A DNA stretch of 41,122 nt from Candidatus Babeliales bacterium. Its GTDB lineage: Bacteria; Babelota; Babeliae; Babelales; Vermiphilaceae. The translations under genes were made by a program, and so were the position numbers. The notes below the pieces were generated by a model. The model did not search any database and was not told where the DNA came from. It saw only the letters and a program-made list of their open reading frames with translations. The DNA lies in assembly GCA_963743635.1 (NCBI GenBank), contig CAVUQO010000001.1, forward strand, positions 1 through 41,122. The letters run 5' to 3'. Every line of letters starts with the position of its first letter. The stretch's first letter is position 1. Shown here in pieces: positions 27,437 through 36,896 of this stretch.

Positions 27437-28942
27437 TCATTGTACTGAGCAGGAGGTAGCGTTTTGGCTGCATTCGCGTTTCAAGCGAGCCTCTTCTTGG
27501 CGAAGCACGTTAAGTTGGGTTTCTTTTTCAGTTGCAGATAATGCTGTACTCGCTTTAATTGTTTTCTTTTCATTGACGATAGCTTTTAATCGCTCAGATA
27601 TTGCAGCAGGCGTGGTTGCCAAGCTGCGAGCTATCAAACTATCTAATACTTGTTGGTCAGTTGGCCTCATTTGCCAAATTTGAACAACACTGTGATACGA
27701 GCGACCCGTCGTACACAAATAAGCCAGGTAGTCACCATCGGGGCTGAACGTTATATCACTCTCCGTAATAGGCGCTACAGAATAAATAGTGTCCACTAAT
27801 TTAAATGCATTACTTTTGGTATCTTTACGCCACATTTTAATGGCCCTCAACGATGAAGGCGCCAGTGATACAAAAAAATTACTATCTTGAGGTCTAAATG
27901 CCAATTGATATCCTTGATCAGCAATGTTGCCGTCAGGAGCTGCAAGTGGGCGAGGATCTTGAAAAGTATCAGTATCCTTTTTTTTGGTTAGCACCGTAAT
28001 TTTACCTTCGTTACGACTAGAATAAAAAAGCTGTTTGTTATCCGGGCTGAAGATCACATGATCGCTTTCTGTTTGAGGAATGGTTTGCGCGAGCTTAAAA
28101 ATAGTATTACCTGATTCTCGAGACCAAATTTGTATTATGCCGCCGGTACAAAAAGCAAGACAATTATTGTTGGAAGACACGGCTATCGAATCAATGACAC
28201 CTATGGGTCCCAAAAAAAGATCTTGTAACTGCGTATACGGATCATTGTTTGAGTTTTGAGACCAAATTTTCACATTTCCATTACGCACATAACCTATCAG
28301 GAGTTTGCCGTCAGGTGAGAACGCAGCACATAGCGTAGATATAGCCAGAGTTTGACCTTCTTTAAAGGTGTTATCATCTTGCAAAGTCCAAATTTTTGCA
28401 TTATCGGATCGTGCTACTATTGGTAGCGTGATAATTCGATCTCCCATTGCATTCATTATCGGTAGAAACGGCTCAGCTCCCATCCCAAGATTTGAAGAAG
28501 ATTGAAAAACTCCGTCATCTCCCAAAGACCATGTCACAAGGGATGGTGATGCATAATCAAAAGCAAACAAACGTTGCCCATCAGGACTAAATCGTATGGG
28601 GCCCGATGATAGTTTTGAATCAATGGTTTGCACCAGTTGAGGCTTAAATTCATCCGGATAGAGACGATAATATTCTCGAGCGATTGTTTCTTGCATAAAT
28701 TCAGGAAGCTCATCAAAACGCGTTGCAACACCTTTCAACTTAAAAGAGAATTTGTTGTCATGAAGTTGCCGTGCGATGACTGTTGTGCTTTGTTCTTCCA
28801 AGGTGCGTACCTGAGTAAGCAGCTCGGCTGATGCTGTTTTCGATGACGATGGAGAACTTGATGATTCCCCAACCTGCATGGCATACATCCAGTAACTTGC
28901 GGCCATCAGCGCGCAGAGCGCTAAACTATTGCTCAATTTCAT
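27437..28942 (-). CDS. WD40-repeat secreted protein with C-terminal CaaX (CSVQ)
   Basis: Repeated FSPDG..L...KIW units; ends SCSVQ*. Confidence 0.85.
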   Translation of the reverse strand: MKLSNSLALCALMAASYWMYAMQVGESSSSPSSSKTASAELLTQVRTLEEQSTTVIARQLHDNKFSFKLKGVATRFDELPEFMQETIAREYYRLYPDEFKPQLVQTIDSKLSSGPIRFSPDGQRLFAFDYASPSLVTWSLGDDGVFQSSSNLGMGAEPFLPIMNAMGDRIITLPIVARSDNAKIWTLQDDNTFKEGQTLAISTLCAAFSPDGKLLIGYVRNGNVKIWSQNSNNDPYTQLQDLFLGPIGVIDSIAVSSNNNCLAFCTGGIIQIWSRESGNTIFKLAQTIPQTESDHVIFSPDNKQLFYSSRNEGKITVLTKKKDTDTFQDPRPLAAPDGNIADQGYQLAFRPQDSNFFVSLAPSSLRAIKMWRKDTKSNAFKLVDTIYSVAPITESDITFSPDGDYLAYLCTTGRSYHSVVQIWQMRPTDQQVLDSLIARSLATTPAAISERLKAIVNEKKTIKASTALSATEKETQLNVLRQEEARLKRECSQNATSCSVQ

Positions 28943-29195
28943 CCTATTCCCCCTCAATAAAAAAAATTATACGATCAAAGGATAGTAAGAATGATTCTTG
29001 GAATGCAAGAATATGAGCGATAATTTTTCTTCATTGCGCTGCATAGTAGTGCACGCAACCATCCTTAACCACTTTATCTTTCATGTATCTTCTCACGCTG
29101 TTTAGATAGCACTTCACGTGCAACAGTATTTTATATTTGAGGGATTGTGGTATCCTGTGAGGCGTTATATTTTTACAAACCAATAGGGATCATCT

Positions 29196-29279
29196 ATGAA
29201 AAGCATACCGTCGCACTGTATTGGCCCTTGGTTTGACACCCACACAACGTGTCCAGTATGCCGGAAGGCATTGGAATAG
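29196..29279 (+). pseudogene. Internally deleted RING-H2 gene remnant
   Basis: SD aggga, then MKSIPSHCIGPWFDTHTTCPVCRKALE*, which is the second half of a RING-H2 finger. Confidence 0.75.
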
Positions 29280-29493
29280 ATTACTCATACTTTATGGGGT
29301 ATAATGAGCCTCGTTTAAAATCACTCATTACAAAATCGGAATAGTCTCTTAGATCAGGTTTGCAAGCCTCTAGTTAGATTTCTTTGGGATTCTCAATAGC
29401 CTTTTTGCTCATTTTCCTGCGCAGTATATTGTTTTGCAACGGCTTTATTGATAGAGTGTCACCTATATTTTATAAAAACGCATAATCAAAAGG

Positions 29494-29793
29494 ATGAATG
29501 CGATGAATAAGCGAATGTTCATGGTTGCGCTTCTCATTTCGGGAGCCACTGCTTTCGGTGCAACGCTGAAAGAGAAACTGGCAGCACATAGTGACAATAT
29601 CCAAACGATGAAGAAGAATGTCCGAGCGGGAATATCAATTCATGCGCAGGAGGAATGTGGTGGTCAGGATAACTGTGAATCGCGTTCAAGTCATAGTGAA
29701 AATATTCAAACGATGAAGCAGAGCGCCCGTGCAGGAACATTAATTCATACGCAGGCGCATTGTGGTCCGGATTGTAGGGGCTGCGGTGAATGA
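29494..29793 (+). CDS. Small secreted peptide with two 35-aa repeats ending in Cys/Gly motifs (RiPP-precursor-like)
   Basis: HS[DE]NIQTMK..RAG..IH.Q..CG twice; 105-bp period (29587, 29692). Confidence 0.75.
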   Translation: MNAMNKRMFMVALLISGATAFGATLKEKLAAHSDNIQTMKKNVRAGISIHAQEECGGQDNCESRSSHSENIQTMKQSARAGTLIHTQAHCGPDCRGCGE

Positions 29794-29809
29794 TAGGAGC
29801 TACGGCTTT

Positions 29810-29865
29810 AACAATCACATTAATTGATTCATGGTGAAAAACCCTGCTTCATTAATGTGATTGTT
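29810..29865 (+). promoter_or_regulatory. Intergenic stem-loop without a long U tract
   Basis: aacaatcacattaat / attaatgtgattgtt, a perfect 15-bp inverted repeat. Confidence 0.6.
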
Positions 29866-29885
29866 CTTTAAACACCAAACAAGAG

Positions 29886-30398
29886 ATGCATTACATGAAA
29901 AAAATAGTATTGGGTTTTGTAGGCATTGCCGCATTAATAACGGTTTCAGTCTATGCCTACAAATATCAGCATAAGCCAAAGCAGGCGATTGACGTTGAAG
30001 GCATATTACATTACCAAATGCCGTACGTCATAGAACGATGCAAAAAAGATCACGGCTACGATGATGAAGATATGGCTATCATTGAAAGAGAGTTGAAGCG
30101 ATATCTGGTTTTGGTGGCGGATAAAAAGAAAAAGGGTGAAGGAACGGGCATGTTCAGTAAACACGTCGACAACTTATGGCATTCATTTATTCTTTTTACC
30201 CGTGAATACGCCGAATTTGGTCATAAATATGCAGGTCGCTTTATACATCATGCGCCAGAAGTTGTTAACATTGAAAATCGAACGCCAGAACAACGAGCGG
30301 AATCGCGCAAGGATTTTCAGGCGTTTGTAAAGAACTATGAAGAGACGTTCAAGGAAGAGATTCACTCAATCTGGTTCCTTGATAAGTGCGAGGCATGA
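29886..30398 (+). CDS. Glycine-rich-domain (GRDP/DUF1399)-like protein with N-terminal anchor
   Basis: ELKRYL...SKHVDNLWHSFILFTREY...FIHHAP. Confidence 0.75.
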   Translation: MHYMKKIVLGFVGIAALITVSVYAYKYQHKPKQAIDVEGILHYQMPYVIERCKKDHGYDDEDMAIIERELKRYLVLVADKKKKGEGTGMFSKHVDNLWHSFILFTREYAEFGHKYAGRFIHHAPEVVNIENRTPEQRAESRKDFQAFVKNYEETFKEEIHSIWFLDKCEA

Positions 30399-30444
30399 AC
30401 ACTGATTTAGTTTGCACCCACTCGCTATTTTTCTTCGAAAAAAT

Positions 30445-30524
30445 CTCGGGGCGAACGGGGGAGTGGATATCCTTTTCCGTTCGCCCTGAGTAGTGCGTAA
30501 GCACGTATCGAATGGGTGACGGAA
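30445..30524. repeat. REP-like palindromic element, same family as the units inside 14155..14434
   Basis: ctcggggcgaacgg / ccgttcgccctgag; gtatcgaatgggtgacgga matches the reverse complement of 14322-14340 (18/19). Confidence 0.75.
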
Positions 30525-30644
30525 CACAGTAATATAGTCTTAATTTCACAATTCGTTCTAATACCAATTTTCTTGATTTCATCCCCCGCACTCCGCTAGA
30601 GTAAAAGCATTAAATACGCCAATCCCCCTCCAAAGGAACTCGTC

Positions 30645-31580
30645 ATGCGCACTACACTCTTATTTTTTGGTATATCTCTTATCGCCCTTACGATCATAGG
30701 ATTTAAAATGCCATTATCCGCAACATCATCAGATAAAAAGTCGACGCACAAAGTAGTATTAATCTCTGGTGCGGCGAGTGGCATTGGCCTCGCGACTGCG
30801 CAGATGTTTCACAAACATGGTTGGAAAGTGTGGGCGGGATATCATGAGCAAATATCGCCTGAGTTGAAAAAGATGGCCGGCATCAGAACCTGCCAACTGG
30901 ATGTTACTGATGATGCGAGCGTCAACGCAGCAATCGCTGCAATCCTCAACGAAGATGGCAGAATCGATGCGCTCATTAATAATGCAGGCTATGGACTCAT
31001 TGGCGCAGAAGAATGCGTTACGATTGATGAAGCACGGCAACAATTTGAAGTGAATTTCTTTGGTGTCTTACGCCTGACACAAGCGGTACTTCCCGCCATG
31101 CGCGCACAACATGCTGGGCACATTCTTAATATCAGTAGCGGCGTTGGCGTCCATTCATTTCCGGGGCTTGGTATTTATTCTGCATCAAAATTTGCATTGG
31201 AATCGATGAGTGAATCATTGGCAGCAACCGTTTCTCCCTGGAATATCAAAGTTTCCATTATCGAACCCGGCTTTGTGCACACGCACTGGGGCAAGCATTG
31301 TACCGTCGGCTCACGCGCGGTTAATGAGCCATTTTATAAGAATCTCACGCAAGGCATGCTCAACATGCTTGCAACGCCGCAGGGCCAACCTGCGCAAGAA
31401 GTTGCTGCATTATTGCTTGAGATCGCAGAAAACCCCGAACCCAATATGCGCTATCAAACATCAAGTGATATGCAGGAATATATCGCGGAAAGACTCGTTG
31501 ATACGACGGGCAACGTCGCTCGCGATGACAACATTGAATATGTGAATCGTTTTATGGTCAAGAAGGGTGATGCGAAATAG
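30645..31580 (+). CDS. Short-chain dehydrogenase/reductase
   Basis: SGAASGIG, NNAG and YSASK. Confidence 0.93.
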   Translation: MRTTLLFFGISLIALTIIGFKMPLSATSSDKKSTHKVVLISGAASGIGLATAQMFHKHGWKVWAGYHEQISPELKKMAGIRTCQLDVTDDASVNAAIAAILNEDGRIDALINNAGYGLIGAEECVTIDEARQQFEVNFFGVLRLTQAVLPAMRAQHAGHILNISSGVGVHSFPGLGIYSASKFALESMSESLAATVSPWNIKVSIIEPGFVHTHWGKHCTVGSRAVNEPFYKNLTQGMLNMLATPQGQPAQEVAALLLEIAENPEPNMRYQTSSDMQEYIAERLVDTTGNVARDDNIEYVNRFMVKKGDAK

Positions 31581-31589
31581 GATTGATGC

Positions 31590-32450
31590 CTATTGCTGCT
31601 GCGAGCCATTGCGCATCAGATTCGGAGTATCTTGCGTGGTGCGGGGATCGACATCACGTCGACATTCTTTGACCGCTTTTTCCATGATAGAAATATATTC
31701 CCCGATAGTGGGATTATCTCTTCCTGCTATTCGCATATCGTGCTTGTCGCTTTCCGGAAGTTGATCTTGCGCTGATTTATAGCGCGTATATGTGTGTTCA
31801 AGCGCCTTACAATATCCCAGCTTTTGCATAGTTTCATATGCTCCTTTTTCAGCTTGGTACTCTTCTTCTCTGCGTATTTTTAATGCATTGCTCCAAAATT
31901 CAAAGCCAAGTTGTACCGTTTTTCCGAGCGCAATGCATCCGACTATAAGAGCAATCGATGAGAGATCATTCATGCGCTGATCAGTAGGAGAATTGTTATA
32001 CTTATCTACTGCCATTTTGGTGAATCCTCCAGCTGCAATACTCAATGATAGCTGAGTCAGTTTTGTCCATGCATTTAATTCACCGTTGTGATTCTCTTTT
32101 GCATGAGTCAGTTCATGGGCAAGTGTTTTGGTATTCGATGCAGTAAGTCCTCGTTCGGTTAGATCATGCATCTTATTTTCATCAAGTCTGAGGATGGCAA
32201 AATGGAAAAACGGAAAGCCGATACTTTCTGCAGTAGCCAATTGATTGCTCGGTAGTGTGGTGTTAATGCAAATAACGGGAACAGAATTTTCCGTATATTT
32301 CTTCATATGATCAATTTCTTTGCGATATTCTTCGCAAGTTCGCATGCTTTTTGGCAGGACGCTGGAAATCCAGCTATCTAAACCTGCATTCAGGGAAGGT
32401 ATGTGAAAGAATATGCTGGCAGCAATAATGGATATGATGCGATTGTTCAC
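31590..32450 (-). CDS. Secreted M48-like zinc metallopeptidase
   Basis: AHELTH and EEYQAE. Confidence 0.7.
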   Translation of the reverse strand: MNNRIISIIAASIFFHIPSLNAGLDSWISSVLPKSMRTCEEYRKEIDHMKKYTENSVPVICINTTLPSNQLATAESIGFPFFHFAILRLDENKMHDLTERGLTASNTKTLAHELTHAKENHNGELNAWTKLTQLSLSIAAGGFTKMAVDKYNNSPTDQRMNDLSSIALIVGCIALGKTVQLGFEFWSNALKIRREEEYQAEKGAYETMQKLGYCKALEHTYTRYKSAQDQLPESDKHDMRIAGRDNPTIGEYISIMEKAVKECRRDVDPRTTQDTPNLMRNGSQQQ

Positions 32451-32465
32451 GGTTTCTCCTCATTC

Positions 32466-33359
32466 TTAGATATTTTTAGTTTCAGCATTCTCAGCCCAAC
32501 GCTCGAGATACTTTGCGCGGGTGAGTAGTGGCGGATGTGGATTCCAATGATCATGTTTGAATTTCATGAAAGAACCAAGTATTGATTTCGCTTGAGGAGC
32601 ACCCATTTCATTGGCAAGAGATTCTCCATCTTCTTGAAAATCTTGCATTTGGGTATTATCCATTTTACGGAAGAAGGTTGCAATGGCACGAGCTAGAACT
32701 GGTTTATCTTTCAATGCTGCATCGGCATCTCTTTCTAAACATTTGAACATGCCAAGTTTGATGGGTATGGCGAGTGTATACAGCGCAGCTGCCAGCGGAA
32801 TGCGCAAGAGTGATCGTGTTATTGATGGCGGGATGATAGACGCTTTTGTAGGAGATAACGCTTCTTTTGCGCAATGCAGCCCGAACGGTATTGAAGCAGC
32901 AATTACCGGGAAATAAGTGAGGTGATTTCTATCGATATGCCGTTTTTCATGCAAAAGTATACCAAGGAAAGCATCATCAGTGAGACTGTCATATCTAATG
33001 GAAGCTTCAATGTCACGAGGGTTTATAATAATAGTGTTATGTGGTGCAGCCATCGCAAGGGGAAAGTATGGATGCTGTCTGATTGTCGCTTCATCGAGAT
33101 CGTTGATTCCATGTTGATGCGCTAATGCTAAAATATTTTCTCGATAGTTCGAGCAGATTGGCAGAGTTTCTTTTTCGATGATATCCATTATTTCTTGCCT
33201 TGCAACGGCACTGTTGTAAACAGGGAGTGCGACAATGGTACTCCAATAGCCGGCAGCTCCGATATAAGAAGCCAGTTTTCTGAATGGAGTTGCCTGAACT
33301 GTTCCCAGCGATCCAATAGTAAGTGCAAGCGCCATAATTTTTAGTATTCGTTTGTTCAT
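32466..33359 (-). CDS. Secreted M48-family zinc metallopeptidase
   Basis: LHEKRH, ERDAD and HPPLLTR. Confidence 0.8.
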   Translation of the reverse strand: MNKRILKIMALALTIGSLGTVQATPFRKLASYIGAAGYWSTIVALPVYNSAVARQEIMDIIEKETLPICSNYRENILALAHQHGINDLDEATIRQHPYFPLAMAAPHNTIIINPRDIEASIRYDSLTDDAFLGILLHEKRHIDRNHLTYFPVIAASIPFGLHCAKEALSPTKASIIPPSITRSLLRIPLAAALYTLAIPIKLGMFKCLERDADAALKDKPVLARAIATFFRKMDNTQMQDFQEDGESLANEMGAPQAKSILGSFMKFKHDHWNPHPPLLTRAKYLERWAENAETKNI

Positions 33360-33653
33360 AATTACCCCATATTTTTTGATAGATTAACAATCTATATATT
33401 ATCATATAGAAAACTTTTGATCAAATGGAGGGCGATTGAAGCCCTCAGGTGACCGATTGGCTTTTGGGCCAGTAATGGGCAGGAAATGGCAATATAAAAG
33501 AGTTTTTTGTCGATTAAGATATCCCAAGACAGCTGTTTCATGCCTGCTGAACCTGGCGCCGGGGGCTGTTGCGTTATGTTTTCAATTTGATAATATTAGT
33601 AGTAGGATAGTAAAAAATTAGCTTTAGCCTCTTTAAACGAAGGAAAAGTACTC

Positions 33654-33950
33654 ATGAAACGCATTTATTTTAATATAATTGCTGCGATGGCAATATGCGC
33701 AGGAACTCAGATGCAAGCAATGGAAAAAAAAGGTACCTCTGCGGCGCAAGCAGCATCAACTGAACAACAAGAGGAATCAGATCGTAAATTTTGTGATGTA
33801 GGTGAATTGTTACGCGAATGGCGAGAACAAGATAGAAAAGAAGGTCGGTTGAGCCTTGATGTCAAACGCACTGCGCAGCAAAAGCTCAATGACGAACACA
33901 TAATAATGTTACGATGGCGAATGCTGGCACGTTGTCAGACTCGTTACTAA
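33654..33950 (+). CDS. Small secreted hypothetical protein
   Basis: SD aagga; signal ending QAMEK; terminator follows. Confidence 0.75.
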   Translation: MKRIYFNIIAAMAICAGTQMQAMEKKGTSAAQAASTEQQEESDRKFCDVGELLREWREQDRKEGRLSLDVKRTAQQKLNDEHIIMLRWRMLARCQTRY

Positions 33951-33972
33951 AAATTTGTATCAAGTTATGAAT

Positions 33973-34003
33973 GACGAGGGGTAGCAATACCTCTCGTTTT
34001 TTT
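33973..34003 (+). terminator. Intrinsic terminator
   Basis: gacgaggggta-gcaa-tacctctcgttttttt. Confidence 0.75.
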
Positions 34004-34008
34004 ATTGT

Positions 34009-34884
34009 TTAACTACTCAGTTCAGCTATTGCTGCCTGCACGTCAGGGTCATGTTCGAATGTCTGATGTTGATTGACCGATTTAAGGGCATCATAGGTGA
34101 GTTTTATGCTTTCATTGATCGTACAATGTGTTTCATGGGATTTGAGATACTGACCTCCAAGCTCTTGGCGACTCTTTTTAAGCCACATCAGCTCAGCGGT
34201 GAGCTCGTTGATATATCCAGCCTTTGCCATATAAAAAGCTGCATGGACGTCAGCGCGCAGTTCTTCTTCAGGTTTTTTTTCTACCGCATCAGGCTTCATG
34301 TATTTCAATACTAAAAAAAGAGGAGCGCTTATCACAGTAGTCGATAACGCGCATTTGCCAGGCAGTTTCAGGTTGGGTAGTAGCTTTGCGTTGATCTTGG
34401 AAGAAGCGTACAAACCAAGCGCGAAAGCCGTAATCACGGTATCATTGTACATTCTTCCATCATCCTGCAGGACGTGATCCATTTCATGATATACGGTATG
34501 AATCTTCTCTCGTGGCCAACCGGGTTCAAGTTCTTTTTCATCTATCAGCATGAGTGAAATCAAAGAAAAATTGTACGTGGTTGCGAACGTGTGCCCACTC
34601 CATTTGTCGTCTGCATCGTTTAGCTTTGCATTGCAAATGAGTACAAATTTTTTAATATCCATCATTTCTTTGGCTTCATCGGCTAGAGCACGTGTATCAC
34701 CTGATGCGCGCCGCCGCTTTGGCACTATGCTTGAAATAAAGGTATCGAGTTTGAGTGTTGGTTTATCATCACTAAAACCAAGTTCTGGATTTTGATAGTT
34801 ATAGGGATACTTCTCGCTTGCATTAACGCACAGCGCGATGCACATAAGGCTCGAAATTATGAGGAATTTGGGATATTTATTCAT
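34009..34884 (-). CDS. Secreted M48-like zinc metallopeptidase
   Basis: YHEMDH and EELRADVHA. Confidence 0.7.
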   Translation of the reverse strand: MNKYPKFLIISSLMCIALCVNASEKYPYNYQNPELGFSDDKPTLKLDTFISSIVPKRRRASGDTRALADEAKEMMDIKKFVLICNAKLNDADDKWSGHTFATTYNFSLISLMLIDEKELEPGWPREKIHTVYHEMDHVLQDDGRMYNDTVITAFALGLYASSKINAKLLPNLKLPGKCALSTTVISAPLFLVLKYMKPDAVEKKPEEELRADVHAAFYMAKAGYINELTAELMWLKKSRQELGGQYLKSHETHCTINESIKLTYDALKSVNQHQTFEHDPDVQAAIAELSS

Positions 34885-35384
34885 CGCTTGCTCCCAATTA
34901 ACATTGTAAACTGATCATAATCGAACTGTACCTGGGCATCTGAATGCTCAAGCACTTTATAACTTTCAGGTGTGTAGGGCGGTGTATTGATTACGCCGAT
35001 AACATATTCCTGATCAGGAATGGTAAAGTGTGCTTTGTTTGGCGGAATGATCACCACATCCCCAACCGATACCTGCTGCACGCGGCCTGCAACTATAACC
35101 GCTGCCGAACCTTGCAATACAAAATAAATTTCGATGCATTCATCGGGATGATAATGAGGTTCTGCAAAAGATAGTTGCCGCATATCGACAATTGCGAGTC
35201 CTTCATCAGGACGATTAAGCATATTAGGAAGTTCATACACGATGCCACACGGCGTTGAGATTGGTGCATAGCCTTGTATCAAATCTTGCCATGGCTTATG
35301 CGCATTAAAGAATGCGTGCCATTGGGAAACCAGTTCATCTAATGGTGGTTGTTTTTTGGTATTAATCATAGAAATTATGTCCAT
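34881..35384 (-). CDS. Cupin-domain protein
   Basis: PHYH..EIYFVLQG..GDVVIIPPNKAH. Confidence 0.88.
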   Translation of the reverse strand: MDIISMINTKKQPPLDELVSQWHAFFNAHKPWQDLIQGYAPISTPCGIVYELPNMLNRPDEGLAIVDMRQLSFAEPHYHPDECIEIYFVLQGSAAVIVAGRVQQVSVGDVVIIPPNKAHFTIPDQEYVIGVINTPPYTPESYKVLEHSDAQVQFDYDQFTMLIGSKR

Positions 35385-35386
35385 AG

Positions 35387-36427
35387 TTATTGATCCAATT
35401 TCGCCAGGAAGTCAGATGCCTGCTGCCTCTGTTTGGCATCGCTGTGAACATTACTGAGTACTGCATTACAATATTCTTTTACTTTACTCAGATCGCGCGT
35501 GACACCCAGACCATTCAAATACATATCTGCAAGTCCTAATTGTGCACATGGTACTATTTCCAAATTATCCTTCTGGGCTGCTACTTGCGTAAATAAACGA
35601 AACGCTTCAGGAAGATCTTGGGGAATTTCGATGTGCTCCTTAAGCATATATGCAAGGTTAGATTGTGCGCACGCTGCCTCTCTGAGATTATCTTTTTGCG
35701 CCGCTACGTACTTGAATATCTTTGCTGCTTTCTCACAATCGTGGGGAATGCTTTTGCCCTCCACCAATAAATAGCCAAGATTATTTTGCGATTGCAGCTG
35801 CAACGTACGGTTATCCGTTTGATTTGCATAAAATGTCTCCCGCCAATAGTCTCTTTTTTCTGGATTATCACTCAAAAGGGCTGCGTAGGTGCACATAAGC
35901 GTATACTGCTCTTCTTTGGAGGTGTACGCATAATAATCAAGCGCCCCGATGGGCAACTTATTGAGGGGATTTTTATAGGTACTTAATGGTTGCAGATTTT
36001 TGAAGGGATATTGGCCAATGACTCCATTATGGAATGCATGCGCATCAAAAATGTGTATAAAAGTGTCTTTTTCACCTTGTGTTAGTACACGCGCAATAAT
36101 ATGATTGTGCTTTTGGGCACGTTTTGCTTGGAGCAATTCGGCGTAGGTTTCCTGTGATAGAGGCTCAGTATCATTTAAATTGAGCTTCTCGGTATAATGT
36201 TTGCGCCCCTTGGTAGCAGTAGTGTTTTTCGGCACAGGCACCAAAATCAATGCAATATTATTGTCGTTGTTTATCGAGAGTGCCGCCGTTTTTTCTGCTA
36301 ATGCTGCAACCGCATTGTTGTTATTACCGTTTGATGATGACCCCTTATCCATTGCCCAGACATCGACGTACGTGCTGAGTAGGATGAGAGATAATAATAA
36401 CTTTTGCATCATTGTTTTTTCTTTCAT
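35387..36427 (-). CDS. Secreted Sel1-repeat protein with unknown N-terminal domain
   Basis: Three Sel1 repeats at the C-terminus (QNNLGY, QSNLAY, QLGLADMYLNGLGV). Confidence 0.85.
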   Translation of the reverse strand: MKEKTMMQKLLLSLILLSTYVDVWAMDKGSSSNGNNNNAVAALAEKTAALSINNDNNIALILVPVPKNTTATKGRKHYTEKLNLNDTEPLSQETYAELLQAKRAQKHNHIIARVLTQGEKDTFIHIFDAHAFHNGVIGQYPFKNLQPLSTYKNPLNKLPIGALDYYAYTSKEEQYTLMCTYAALLSDNPEKRDYWRETFYANQTDNRTLQLQSQNNLGYLLVEGKSIPHDCEKAAKIFKYVAAQKDNLREAACAQSNLAYMLKEHIEIPQDLPEAFRLFTQVAAQKDNLEIVPCAQLGLADMYLNGLGVTRDLSKVKEYCNAVLSNVHSDAKQRQQASDFLAKLDQ

Positions 36428-36448
36428 AAAGATACGGTTATAGCAATT

Positions 36449-36802
36449 TTATTTTGATTCCTGTTTATCCATTATTTCCGGATATTTTTTTGGATCCGCT
36501 AAGCAATACTTTTCGCCAAAACTGTCTGCTTGGTGCTCAGCGATGGTAACAAATTTGCGTTTTTTAAAGCCGCCACGATCCTGACGTTTTTTCTCTTGTA
36601 TCGCAATGATGTCTTGCAGCGTAAAATCATGCACATCGCAGAATGAGGAGATGACTTCCAAAACATCTGCAAGCTCTTCGAGTAATGCTTCTTTTGTTTG
36701 GGCTGCGTGTACTTCTTGCGCTTCTTCCATAAATCTCTTGTACGTTTGATTGCTCCAGAAAATACGGGCATTAGTATACATGAAAGCTCTTTTCGTATCC
36801 AA
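36449..36802 (-). pseudogene. MazG-like/PRA-PH nucleoside triphosphate pyrophosphohydrolase, probably 5'-truncated
   Basis: EEAQEV..EELADVLEV..KRQDRGGF present; the usual N-terminal KL.RD motif is not seen in any frame I read. Confidence 0.6.
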
Positions 36803-36896
36803 TATTTATGCGGCAATTGACACGTTCCGCGTTGGCTCATATTCTCAGCATAAAACCATTTCTGCATATCACACACTTAAACATATAGGACGATCC

